Assembly: GCF_001194135.2 (NCBI RefSeq)
Contig: NC_068993.1
Location: 10,731,947-10,795,946, forward strand
Source of the DNA: Octopus bimaculoides
Lineage: Eukaryota
DNA: 64,000 nucleotides
Reading direction: 5' to 3'
Part shown: piece after piece, positions 51,255 through 63,745 of the stretch
Position numbering within the stretch: the first letter of the stretch is position 1
Layout: each line of letters starts with the position of its first letter
Made by a program: the position numbers and the translations under genes
Notes under the pieces: generated by a model
Told to the model about the DNA's origin: nothing
Seen by the model: the letters and a program-made list of their open reading frames with translations, nothing else
Databases searched by the model: none

Positions 51255-51600
51255 GGGCAGAATCGTTAGTACGCCGGGCGAAATGCTTAACGATATTTCG
51301 CGTTCTGAGTTCAAATTCCACCGAGGTCGACTTTGCCTTTCATCTTTTCGGGGTCGATAGATGAAGTACCAGTTGCGTACTGGGGTCGATCTAATCGACT
51401 GGCCCCTCTCCCAAAAATTTCGGGCCTTGTGCCTAGAGTAGAAAAGAATCGTTAGCATGCCGGGCAAAATGCTTAACGGCAGTTTGTCCGTTTTTACATT
51501 TTGAGTTCAAATTCCACCGAGGTCGACTTTGCCTTTCATCCTTTCGGGGTCGATCGATCCCTTAAAATTGTTAGCCTTGTGTCAAAATTTGAAACCAATA
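51255..51600 (+). mobile_element. Tandem family B (Meta-like) SINE copies
   Basis: GAATCGTTAG..GCCGGGC.AAATGCTTAAC..GAGTTCAAATTCCACCGAGGTCGACTTTGCCTTTCATC twice. Confidence 0.85.
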
Positions 51601-52199
51601 TTGTGAATTACTGGATATTTTAAGGTCGATCCAATAAACTCTAGATGAAATGTTTCGGGGATCCTGTAGTTGCTTCTGTTACCTTCGACTTTTGTGAAGT
51701 ACTGGATATTTAAAGTTGATCCCAAAATACTCGGGTTGATTACAAAATCCAGTGCACTTTAAATTAAACAAATTACAGTAACTAAATCGAACAGCAACGA
51801 TAAATCAACAGACTTGTTTCATGTTTTATTATTTTGCTTTTGTTATATGGTTGTTCCATGCTCATTAATAGATTTGGCTATTTCATTTCTCTACTTCGAT
51901 GCATTAAACTTGACATAGAATAATTTAATTGAGATTAATTATTAATTTTCTCCAAATTACATCTATTGAACGAATCAAATAATTATTAATATATTTTAGA
52001 TACAGTAAATAGAGGAATTTCCTCCACTTTTCTAATTCAAAGTCTATGGGAGGGGAGATTGATTAAATTTGATCCTCATTTTCTCTCAGGAAAATTAGTC
52101 TTGTATACATGTTGTTGTTATTGTTGTTGTTATATTGTTGTAATAATTACTAGGGTGGTAAGTCGTCTGAATCGTTAGGAGCGGTGGACAAAAACAAAC

Positions 52200-52385
52200 G
52201 GATCTATTTTAAAACGGGGGCCACATTTTTCATTAATGTTTTACGTAGTGTTTTTGGTACGGAAAGACTTTCAAACTTCGTATACTTATCTATTTTGTGT
52301 TATAGAACAGAAAAATATTTTTGTATTCGAATTTATTTCATGTAAAAAATTGTCTTATTTTGATAATTTCAACCAATCACTGACA
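52200..52385 (+). mobile_element. Partial copy of the 46218 MITE
   Basis: Shares CTTTCAAACTTCGTATACTT..TTTTGTGTTATAGAACAGA..AATTTCAACCAATCACTGAC. Confidence 0.8.
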
Positions 52386-52490
52386 AGTATTCAGTTGTTT
52401 ATATTTACTCCTTTGGCTGATTAAGCGATGTAAAGCGTATTTAATCTCCATACCTTCGTTTTACTTGCTTTTTTCATTTTAAATTTGCTT

Positions 52491-52516
52491 TAACCCTAAC
52501 CCTAACTCTAACCCTA
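52491..52516. repeat. Interstitial telomere-like (TAACCC)n at a gap edge
   Basis: TAACCCTAACCCTAACTCTAACCCTA then N. Confidence 0.75.
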
Positions 52517-52998
52517 NNNNNNNNNNNNNNNNNNNNNNNNNNNNNNNNNNNNNNNNNNNNNNNNNNNNNNNNNNNNNNNNNNNNNNNNNNNNNNNNNNNN
52601 NNNNNNNNNNNNNNNNNNNNNNNNNNNNNNNNNNNNNNNNNNNNNNNNNNNNNNNNNNNNNNNNNNNNNNNNNNNNNNNNNNNNNNNNNNNNNNNNNNNN
52701 NNNNNNNNNNNNNNNNNNNNNNNNNNNNNNNNNNNNNNNNNNNNNNNNNNNNNNNNNNNNNNNNNNNNNNNNNNNNNNNNNNNNNNNNNNNNNNNNNNNN
52801 NNNNNNNNNNNNNNNNNNNNNNNNNNNNNNNNNNNNNNNNNNNNNNNNNNNNNNNNNNNNNNNNNNNNNNNNNNNNNNNNNNNNNNNNNNNNNNNNNNNN
52901 NNNNNNNNNNNNNNNNNNNNNNNNNNNNNNNNNNNNNNNNNNNNNNNNNNNNNNNNNNNNNNNNNNNNNNNNNNNNNNNNNNNNNNNNNNNNNNNNNN

Positions 52999-53215
52999 AA
53001 CGTTAGCATGCCGGGCGAAATGCCTAGCGGTGTTTCGTCTGCCTTTACGTTCTGAGTTCAAATTCCGCCGAGGTCGACTTTGCCTGTCATCCTTTCGGGG
53101 TCGATAAATTAAGTACCAGTTACGCACTGGGGTAGATGTAATCGACTTAATCCATTTGTCTGTCCTTGTTTGTCCCTTTTATGTTTAGCCCCTTGTGGGC
53201 AATAAAGAAATAAAA
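52999..53215 (+). mobile_element. Family B SINE, little diverged
   Basis: Close match to the 61854 and 62090 copies. Confidence 0.85.
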
Positions 53216-53346
53216 AAATCTCGCTGTATTTATCTTGGCTCTTTACATTTTGAGTTCAAGATCCTGGCATTCTTCCGAAACTGTGGTGGGGGTAATAAAA
53301 TAAAGTACCAATCAAGTACTGGGGTTATAATTCATAATTATCAACT

Positions 53347-53870
53347 AGGCGCAGGCGAGGCTGTATGGTAAGAAGCTTGCTTGCTAACCACATGGTTCTG
53401 GGTTCAGTCCCACTGCGTGGAACCTTGGGCAAGTGTCTTCTACTATGGCCTCGGGCCAACAAAAGCCTTGTGAGTGGATTTGGTAGACGGAAACTGAAAG
53501 AAGCTCCACGTAAATACATATATATATATGTACAGGGTTCGGTGAATAAATTGTCGTCTAAATTATGCAAAAATGAAAATAATACTGACATCTCGAAATT
53601 ACATAAAAATATCTTGAAATACTAAGGAGTAATTTTATTCAATAAAATTGCCATTGGCTTCAACCACAGCCTCCAGACAACTTCGGAATCTGCTGTACAA
53701 GCACACACACACACGACGGGCTTCTTCCAGTTTCCGTCTACCAAATCCACTCACAAGGCTTTGGTCAGCCCGAGGCTATAGTAGAAGACACTTGCCCAAG
53801 GTGCCAAGCAGTGGAACTGAACCCGGAATCATGTGGTTGGGAAGCAAGCTGCTTATCATATAGCAACACC
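53347..53870. mobile_element. Two family A heads in opposite orientation flanking a Tc1/mariner-like 5' fragment
   Basis: Plus head 53347-53510, minus head 53700-53870; between them TACAGGGTTCGGTGAATAAATTG..TTTATTCAATAAAATTGCCATTGGCTTCAACCAC. Confidence 0.6.
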
Positions 53871-54002
53871 TGTTGATCAAGTTTTGTAACTTGTACGGAT
53901 GAAATTTTTATTCAGTTCTACGCCATATGCCCACGGGCATATGGTATAGTAATTAAGAGCGCGGGCTACTAACTCCAAGATTCCTAGTTCGATTCCAGGA
54001 CA

Positions 54003-54036
<34 letters not shown>

Positions 54037-54710
54037 TAACATCGAAAAATACCTTAGGAATGAGAACCCAGGTTCGAAATTTCCCGAAGACACCTGATGG
54101 AGGCTGGATAGTATATCAGCCGAAATGTTGTATTAACAAAAAACAAGATGAGGACAAATATCCGTCAAATGTAAATAATGTAAACATTGAAATTTTTATT
54201 GTTTGAAAAAGTTGTCCAGCGGTTTCTCCGTTTCGCACAGTGGGACCGAAATTGCAAAGTTATCTTTACCACACAACTACGGTTTCCTCCGCCTAAAAAA
54301 TAAAATCTAAAAAAAAAAAAAAAGCACCAATACAACAACATTCCAAAATGAAAGAGAAAACCATTCGAGAATATCACCAGCGCATTAAGTATAACTTTGG
54401 TAGCTAAGACTGTATAACATTCCAAGCATAAAGTAGCGAACATTATTAATTCATTAACCATAGCAAGTAGGGAGTTAAACGCTCCAGTGTAATAATAGAT
54501 TAGGAGATGAAAGAATTAAGGAGTCTAAGATATAGATAGAAGGATATAAATAACGACTGTATTTAGAGTAAAACTGGCCAAAAGACACATGACGACAAAC
54601 TGTTATTTGTAAAGAGAGTAGAAGAAGAAAGGAGAAAAATGCTACAGAATAGGTAAGTTATTCTAGGGTTTGTTTATAGATGTAATGTATAGTTGGAAAG
54701 AGCTATGAGT

Positions 54711-54715
<5 letters not shown>

Positions 54716-54765
<50 letters not shown>

Positions 54766-55320
54766 NNNNNNNNNNNNNNNNNNNNNNNNNNNNNNNNNNN
54801 NNNNNNNNNNNNNNNNNNNNNNNNGTGTATGCATGTATGTGTGTGTATGTATGTGTATGTGTGTATGTATGTATGTACGTATGTATGAAAGGACGGAAGG
54901 ATGTGTGTATGTCTGTATGCATGTGTGTGTGTATGTATGTATGCACGTAGACGTGTACGTATGTATGCAGCATGTATGTCTATAGATGTATACATGTATT
55001 TATATGTGCATGTATGTATGCATGCATGTGTGTATGTATGTGTGTATGTATGTACGTATGTATGAATGCATGTGTATGTGTGTATGTATGTATGTATGTA
55101 TGTATGTATGTATGTATGGACGGAAGGATGTATGTGTGTATGTATGTATGCACGTAGGCGTGTACGTATGTATGCACCGTGTATGTCTATATATGCATGC
55201 ATGTATTTACGTGTGTATATATGTATGTATATATTTATAGATGTGCGTGTATGTGCGCATGACTATACGCATGCATGTCTATATGTATATGTGCATCTAT
55301 GTATGTACATATGCACGCAT
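54716..55320. repeat. (TG)n and (TATG)n-based compound repeat with ~200-bp higher-order duplication
   Basis: GGACGGAAGGATG..GCACGTAG(A/G)CGTGTACGTATGTATGCA occurs twice. Confidence 0.88.
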
Positions 55321-56344
55321 ACATACATCCTCAGGATTGTCAGCATCTTTGTTAAGCAATTTATCTAAAATAGACATCCTGCTTGCAATAAATAGTGAGT
55401 GCGAAAGCGATCTGAATTAACCATCTGGAGAAGACGTCTTCCTGGGGTTAAAATAGCAGTAGCATCTTCCCTTACAGAACATCCACGTTAAAATGGCGAT
55501 AAACACTTCTTTTTGGTTCGTTTACTGCTTCTATCCCGAACGGAGATTTTCTAACGGACTAGTTTCCTAGTTACAAAATCAGTGATCATGACATTGTATT
55601 CTATATATATATATATATATATCGCAAGCGAGTTTGGACTACTGCTATGCTTGGTAAACGAATGCCCACAACCGAGGAGATCCAATAAGATTGAAATTAC
55701 GTGGTCTGGTGGTCTTGAAACTAGGGCGGCAGGAGTTATCTCTCGCTTGCATTAAATATGGAGTACAGAAGCGCACTGAATTAATCAGCGAGAGGAGGTG
55801 TCTTCCTGGGGTTGAAAAAGCAGTGTCATTATCACTTAGAGAACACCCACGTTAAACTGGCGATAAACACTTCCATAGACATGGACAAGCTTTTTCCAGA
55901 AGCGAGGCGCATGAAGTATGACTTCATGTGGGCCGCACTAGTAGACAAAAAAAGTCCAAGCAAGGGCGGTCACTCCTGCTTCTTTATTAACAAATTGTAT
56001 TTTTACTGTCATTCGTATTTAGTAAATGTAATCACGTTTTTTTTTCTTTCTTATATATAATTTGTATTTCTTCTAAATTATCTTAATTGAAATTCCTGAC
56101 TTAAAGCAGATATTTTCCAGATGGAGGATGTGTAGAATGTGTCGAGAAATTGAGATGCAAGAGCTTCTACGATCTTTGGTGTATTTAGACCTAAACGTAG
56201 TTCCTTAGTTCGTACCACGATGTTAGACTCATAAGGAACCAAGCTTCCTCCAAGGGGTTTGATTTACGGCTGGCCTTTCACCTCCTGTCTGTTTGGTCGT
56301 TGTGCATTTGAGATCACTAAAAATTGAATGGTTAAACAGCAATA

Positions 56345-57057
56345 TCACACGCGCGCGCACGCGCGCACACACATGGTCGTACACACTCACAGATTGACAC
56401 ATGCATGCACACACGCAGAGGCATACACGCATGTACACATTCACACATACATACACATTCACACACATGCATATACACACGTATAGATGAACACATGCAC
56501 ACATACACACACACACGGTGGTACACACTTACAGATGGACACATGTGTGCACACAGAGGCATACGCGCATGTACACATTCACACACATAGACACATTCAC
56601 ACACATGCATACACACACGTATAAATGAACACACGCACGTACACACGCGCATACACACACACACACGTAAACACTCATATACACATGCACACGTATTCAT
56701 ACTCATGCACAGATGCTCACACGCATGGATGCATACACACACGGACGTGCGCACGCACACACACACACACACACTCATGCACGTACACATTTACACACAC
56801 ATGTATACGCACATGTGCACACACACACGGTTGTAAATATGGATCAGCTTGTCTAGAAGGAGTAACTCAAGGAAAACACTTCCTTCTGTTTTCATACGAT
56901 TCCATATTTAATTTCACATATTTCCTTCAGGTGTTTTATTGACACCATATGAGGCCGATGTATGTATGTAAGTATGCACACGAACGCGCGCACACACACA
57001 CACACACATATAAATACATGCACACACACACATATATAAATACATACACACATAATT

Positions 57058-57088
<31 letters not shown>

Positions 57089-57140
57089 GGCATGTGTATA
57101 TGCATATGTAGATATGTGTATATGCATATGTAGATATACG
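56345..57140. repeat. (CA)-based compound repeat with ~145-bp duplication
   Basis: GTACACACT(C/T)ACAGAT..CAGAGGCATAC(A/G)CGCATGTACACATTCACAC twice. Confidence 0.85.
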
Positions 57141-57183
57141 CATATATCTTATGTATAAATGTGCGTGTATATCTATCTATCTA

Positions 57184-57214
<31 letters not shown>

Positions 57215-57960
57215 TTGTCTATCTATCTGTCCGTCTATCTATGTGTATCTGTCTACCTATCTACCTGCCTGTATCTCTCTCCCTCTCGCCCNNNNNNNNN
57301 NNNNNNNNNNNNNNNNNNNNNNNNNNNNNNNNNNNNNNNNNNNNNNNNNNNNNNNNNNNNNNNNNNNNNNNNNNNNNNNNNNNNNNNNNNNNNNNNNNNN
57401 NNNNNNNNNNNNNNNNNNNNNNNNNNNNNNNNNNNNNNNNNNNNNNNNNNNNNNNNNNNNNNNNNNNNNNNNNNNNNNNNNNNNNNNNNNNNNNNNNNNN
57501 NNNNNNNNNNNNNNNNNNNNNNNNNNNNNNNNNNNNNNNNNNNNNNNNNNNNNNNNNNNNNNNNNNNNNNNNNNNNNNNNNNNNNNNNNNNNNNNNNNNN
57601 NNNNNNNNNNNNNNNNNNNNNNNNNNNNNNNNNNNNNNNNNNNNNNNNNNNNNNNNNNNNNNNNNNNNNNNNNNNNNNNNNNNNNNNNNNNNNNNNNNNN
57701 NNNNNNNNNNNNNNNNNNNNNNNNNNNNNNNNNNNNNNNNNNNNNNCGCGGTTCGCCTATCGCGGTTCGCCTATCGCGGTTCGCCTATCGCGGTTTATTA
57801 TTCAAGCTTTCGTCGATTCCTCCATGGTGTTTTGCATTTATAATAAGAAAAATATATAAAAATTATAAAAATAATAAAATATATATATATATATATACAG
57901 CGGGGGCTGGGGGTGGTAGGGCTTTGGAACGTAACACTCGCGATAGTTGAGGTATTACTG

Positions 57961-58170
57961 TATGACAATCTGGCCAACAGTCTGAGGGAAGCAAATTTTC
58001 GGGTCAAGGTTGGAGCCATAGAGGTTGGAGCCTGAAATTTCGCGGGCAAATCTGCTTACGATCTGATGAAAGAATTCTCATTCTCTGGGAAGGACAGGAT
58101 CAAAGCGCTAAAAGCAATATCCGAAACAACAGAGAGATGTTTCAGGTGGATCTGATCGCAGAGGAACGAA
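57961..58170 (+). pseudogene. RLE-clade (HERO/R2-superfamily-like) LINE ORF C-terminus, decayed
   Basis: YDNLANSLREANFRVKVGAIEVGA*NFAGKSAYDLMKEFSFSGKDRIKALKAISETTERCFRWI*SQRNE resembles the HERO pattern IEVG.RGF.G.S..L..G..R..AIK.ISE.AE..SRW.W..R; stops fit CGA>TGA and TGG>TGA. Confidence 0.7.
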
Positions 58171-59339
58171 ATCGACCTCCATGTCGTTTAAAGACAATGT
58201 TTTTGTATTTTAACGCCAAGGAAAGTAACTCTGAGTGAGTAAACGAAGAGGAGTTACAATTCAATGAAGTCTCCAGGTTGTTTAAATGCACAAGTCTCCG
58301 ATATATCCAAGTGATTAAAGTGTCAGCGGAAGGGTTGCCAGGAGTCACGATCTGGATTCGACGCGGCTTTCTGAGAGTATAAGACTTCAATAAAATGCAA
58401 GCGTAACAGACCAGACATCATGATTAGGAACGGGGAAAAGAACCTATGCGCAACAACTGAAATCATTTGCCCAGGAGATCTCCGAAACACTTGCCTGAGG
58501 GGTGGAGGTTTCTTCTCTGAAGACCTTCTGTTGTTCAACTCTCTTGAGAGTTTCTTATCACTAGGCCCGAATGCAGTCTGGCCCCTTTAGAGTGTAAGAA
58601 GTTAAGGGCCAAAACACTTGCCTGAGTGGGGCTTCTTCTCTGAAGACCTGTTGTTCAGCGCTCTTGAGAGTTTCTTAACGTCAAATTTCTATACAGGATC
58701 CGGGGTGAATTTTTTTGAGACATTGTAAAAACAAAATGTGCGACTTATATGCCGTCAAATATGTTATATGAATTACATAAGAAGTCATACGCACATACAG
58801 AGTTATATCCTTATGGATAAACGATACGTTGCAACAGTGTAATAACAATATAATCGAAACAAACGGCAGTAACCACACGTATTGTAACAACAATCTTTCA
58901 AGAACCAACAGTCCCACACGCGAACTCGAACTGTAAACTTTGAACTCCAGCTTTGAACTATCAACACACGAACTGTGGAACTAGCACGATGATTTTATTA
59001 AAGCCAGGGGTTAAACAAAGAGGGGATAATACACGGGACAAATAGGGGTTGGGGACTTGTCGGATGAGATTACATATAGGGAATAAAAACATAATAATTG
59101 CGAATGAAAATGAAAGAATGAATGGACGCGGAATGGGTTTGACCCCACCAACCCCATTCCTGTGCCGAATCGTTTACTTTGTCCTCCCCTTATGGTTATA
59201 ATCACATTTTTGTACCACGCATAAATACAAGGGTCGATTTGTTCGACTAAAATTCTTCAAGGCGATGCCCCAGCATGGCCGCAGTCCACTGACTGAAATG
59301 TAAAAGATAAAAAAAGATAAAGGTAATTTACACAGTAAA

Positions 59340-59376
59340 TGCGTTTCACTGAGAGAGAGAAAGAGAGAGAGAGAAA

Positions 59377-59463
<87 letters not shown>

Positions 59464-59490
59464 GGAGATAGATAGAGGGGGAGAGATATA
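59340..59490. repeat. (AG)n microsatellite
   Basis: Directly visible. Confidence 0.96.
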
Positions 59491-60017
59491 GAGAGGAGTG
59501 TCCAAGATACACTAAATAATAACGGTGAATAACCTGGATCGCTTCACAAAGAACCGAAAGATAATTCCTTTGTGAGCAGCTGCAAACCTTATACAAAACG
59601 CAAATTATGTTCTTGGTTTAGTCAGTCTTGTATATAGCAGTTTGTCTATTCTTTTAATACTTTCCGGAATTTCTCTAATAAAAGAAGAGAGGTTTTTCTC
59701 TATTAACTAAGAAATAAAGCCGTATTGTTGCGAATACAGACAACAATAGAATGATCTACAATCCGATGCTAGACTCTGCAATAACTTGCGTATTTAAAAA
59801 ATATTTTGGCTTACCAAGATCCGTGTTGAATGGCAGAATTAAAAAAGTATCAGACGAATTAATGTCGTACTGTATTAAGTTACGGCTCTTAACGTTCGAT
59901 GTTCAATTCTTGGTTTTGCTTTGCGTTAGTCCACATTACTCCGTTGGAAACATTGGACCGGTTTCCCGGTTTCTCTGGCGTATATATTCTTTCCTGGAAT
60001 AATATATATGCACATGT

Positions 60018-60303
60018 GGAGGCGCAATGGCCAAGTGGTTAGGGCAGCGGACTCGTGGTCATAGGATCGCGGTTTCGATTCCCAGACCGGGCGTTGTGAG
60101 TGTTTATTGAGCAAAAATACCCGAAGCTCCACGAGGCTCCGGCAGGGGATGGTGGCGAACCCTGCTGTACTCTTTCACCACAACTTTCTCTCACTCTTAC
60201 TTCCTGTTTCTGTTGTACCTGTAATTCAAAGGGTCAGCCTTGTCACACTGTGTCACGCTGAATATCCCCGAGAACTACGTTAAGGGTACACGTGTCTGTG
60301 GAG
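60018..60303 (+). mobile_element. tRNA-derived SINE, fourth family
   Basis: GGAGGCGCAATGGCCAAGTGGTTAGGGCAGCGGACTC..GGTTTCGATTCCC head with A and B boxes, followed by a non-tRNA body; no acceptor stem. Confidence 0.75.
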
Positions 60304-60814
60304 AGACAGACAGACAGATAGACAGACAAACAGATAGATAGATAGACAGACAGACAGATAGATAAATAGATAGATAGATAGATAGATAGATAGACAGACA
60401 GGCACATCTTTCTCACTCACTCTCTCCGTTTTCCCCCTTTTATCTCTCAACTTTATCTGTCAGCGGCCATCTTTTCCAACGTCTAAATCTCCGATCTTGA
60501 CTCTGACAGTTCCTTATATAAATACATATTATCTCAGTCTTTCAATCGTTGTTAATTTGTTTCTTTCATAGTTTTCGTTCGCTCTTTGTCTCCTCGTACT
60601 CATTCTTTATTTTCCTTCTCTTTTCATCTTCCTGTGTTCCGTTGTTCCTCTCCATCATCACCTTAATTTCGACCTCTTTCCGTCTCGTTTATTATCTTTT
60701 TTCTTTTCCTTTTCCTCCTCTTAATATTTGTACGTATTTGTTTGTAGACCACAAATTTAGGTCAAGTAATTATTTGACGTTGTTCGTTGATTAAGCCAGA
60801 GAACGCCATTACCG

Positions 60815-61700
60815 TAGCTGCCACTACAACCACTGACGCCACCGCCACGACGACGACGACCACCACCATCACCATGACGGCCACCACCGCCGCAACCACT
60901 ACCATCACAACAACCACTGCAACCACCACCACCATCACATCAACCACTACAACCACTACCATCACCATCAACACCACAAGTACCTGCACCACCACCGCCA
61001 CCGCCGCCACCACCGCCGCCACCACCACCGCCACCACCATCACCACCTGCACGAGCACTACCACAACGGTGTCCTCATCATCAACCACCACCACCACAAC
61101 CGTCATTATCATGATCGTCATCATCATTACCATCTTCATCATCATCACCATCGTCGTATCGTCATTATCATCACTATCACCATCATCATCATCATTATCA
61201 CCTTCATCATCATCATCACCTTCATCATCATCATCTTTACCATCGCCATGCTCTTCACTTCCCCAACATCAGCACGACTACAATCATTATCATCATCGTC
61301 GTCTTAACTAGCACCATCATCGTCATCATCATCATCATCGCCATCGCAAACATCAGTCATCAACATAACTACCATCGCCATCATGGCTGTCCAGTCTGCT
61401 TTTGTTATTGTTGCTTGCTGTTGACGACGACGATGATGATGATGATGCTGGCTTGTGGTGGTGTTGATGATGATGTAAACAACAATGGCAGCAACGCGTT
61501 CGGCAATAATAACAATAACACCAATAACAAAAAGTACAACGTAATAGAAACGCAATAACAACAACAACAGTGACGACGATGATGGACACATCAAACATGA
61601 AAGAACAATAGAAGATATTGTATCAAAAGAAATTACCGGATATGGCTTGGAGTGGTGGTGGTGGTGATGGTGGTGGTGGTGGTGGTGATGATTTGTTTTA
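60815..61700. repeat. Degenerate trinucleotide (ACC/ATC/GAT/GGT)n field
   Basis: Directly visible; source of the poly-T/S/H/V ORFs. Confidence 0.93.
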
Positions 61701-61853
61701 TTAGCCACAGGGGCATGGATGAGGAGGACATCACTTGAACAATCAACAACTTGTGTGGGGATTTGCATAAAAGATGAGAAGAAAGAAATGCGAAAAACGG
61801 TTTAAATGCTATAAAAAATAATATACTCAGCATGCGTGGCTGTGTGGTAAGAA

Positions 61854-62332
61854 GGCGGCGAGCTGGCAGAATCGTTACCCCGCCGGGCGAAATGCTTAGC
61901 AGTATTTCGTCTGCCGTTACGTTCTGAGTTCAAATTCCGCCGAGGTCGACTTTGCCTTTCATCCTTTCGGGGTCGATAAATTAAGTACCAGTTACACACT
62001 GAGGTCGATGTAATCGACTTAATCCCTTTGTCTGTCCCCTCTATATTTAACCCCTTGTGGGCAATAAAGAATTAAGAAGTTTGCTTCACGGCGAGCTGGC
62101 AGAAACATTAACACGCCGGGCGAACTGCTTAACGGTATTTCGTCTGCCGTTACGTTCTGAGTTCAAATTCCGCCGAGGTCGACTTTGCCTTTCATCCTTT
62201 CGGGGTCGATAAATTACGTACCAGTTACGCACTGTGCTCGTTGTAATCGACTTAATCCGTTTGTCTGTCCTTGTTTGTCCCCTCTGTGTTTAGCCCCTTG
62301 TGGGCAGTAAAGAAATAAGAAGTTTGCTTCAC
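61854..62332 (+). mobile_element. Two tandem family B SINEs inserted in a family A head
   Basis: Copies start at 61854 and 62090; TAAGAAGTTTGCTTCAC at 62073-62089 and 62316-62332; family A head GCGTGGCTGTGTGGTAAGAAG precedes. Confidence 0.85.
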
Positions 62333-62724
62333 CTACGGGAGAGTCAGTTGTCTTTCTGCAGCCGAACAGAGTGGACATGAGTTTTCCGAGATTGCCAATA
62401 GCCTATATCTAGTAACCTACCGTCTTGTGGCCACCAGTTTATACTACTGACTTGTGGAAGCTGTGTATGCGTCGGAGACTAGTGCTCCTGCCCACGTTTG
62501 AAGATATACGAGTGACAGATTGACAATGGTACTACTTTTTCCGAACTACACTAAACATCACCTTCAGCAGACTGTTTATAGCTATAGTACCCTCATTAGC
62601 TGCATCAACAGCAATAATATAACATCACTATTATGGATACCAAAGTCGACTCATGGAGGATGGAGAGATGTGATGGGAGAAATCTGTATTTTGATTCTCA
62701 TAACTATTTCAGCCTTTGTGTGCG

Positions 62725-62777
<53 letters not shown>

Positions 62778-62903
62778 CGGGGAAGAGAGGGAATTGCGTG
62801 CGTAGGTGTCAATAAGTTTGACTTATTATCCCAGTGCGCGTGCGTCAGTGGGTGCAAATGTGTGCTAATGACCGTGAGTCCGTATACACACATCCATACG
62901 CAG

Positions 62904-62934
<31 letters not shown>

Positions 62935-63499
62935 CAGACACACGCACACACACTCATACGTATACATACATATATTGATATATATATATTATATATATGC
63001 ATATATTTATATAGAGAGAGGCACACACACACACATATATATAATGTATGTGTGTATGTGTTTGTGTGTGTGTACTTAACGTATATATGTATATGTCTTC
63101 AATTATCGTTATCAAAACGACCCGCTTGCAGGACTTAATTGCCGTTCGTTAAATAAATACATCGTAAGCTTCCTTGGGGTATAAAGCCTCTATTGTTTCG
63201 ATCCGCTCTGGTGCCAAACTGGTGTCTGCTACACTTGGGTCGCTTCTGTTACAGCAAAACAAACGAAACCAAAGAAATAATGATAATTAAAAAAAAAATA
63301 TTAACAATCCAAAATAAATCTTCTGCAGTATAGAATATGATGAGCGTTGGTAGAATTATTGGTTTACTTCGAGTGTTTGTGTAAGTGTGTGTATGTGCGT
63401 GTGTGCATGTTGTTATTATTGTAGTTGTTATTGTTGTTGTTTAATTTCAGATCAACCCCATTCGAGCAAAAACATCCCAGCAATGATAATTCTGTTTTG

Positions 63500-63530
<31 letters not shown>

Positions 63531-63684
63531 TGTATGTATGTATGTATCTATTTATCTATCTATCTGTGTGTGTATGTGTGTGGCTAAACCCTTCAAAGCA
63601 ATGCTCCAGCATGGTCGCTGCCCAATGACTGAAACAAATGAAGGATAACAAATAAAAGATTTCTATAGATGCTTTTTACTACTA

Positions 63685-63745
63685 ATTAAAGATGGCCGCC
63701 TCTGCAGGAACCGGAAGAAGTGCAAGCCACAACGATGGAAAGTAA
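63685..63745 (+). promoter_or_regulatory. Candidate promoter / first exon of a rightward gene
   Basis: AAGATGGCCGCC (YY1 consensus-like) overlaps an ATG at 63692; ACCGGAAG (ETS); reads MAASAGTGRSASHNDG then AA|GTAATG donor at 63742; further donor-like GTAAGG near 63794. Confidence 0.5.

Noticed and set aside
54236-54265. CACAGTG heptamer resembling a Transib TIR or RSS
   Set aside because: No convincing nonamer and no partner TIR in the window
58486-58680. GAAACAC..CTGAAGA as a permuted hammerhead
   Set aside because: No U at position 16.1 and no stem II pairing
60018-60093. Possible tRNA gene
   Set aside because: Has A and B boxes but no acceptor-stem closure, and continues into a SINE body; the same applies to the other SINE heads
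60762-61768. Mucin-like Thr/Ser and poly-His/Val ORFs
   Set aside because: Trinucleotide repeat field with no splice context or unique coding sequence
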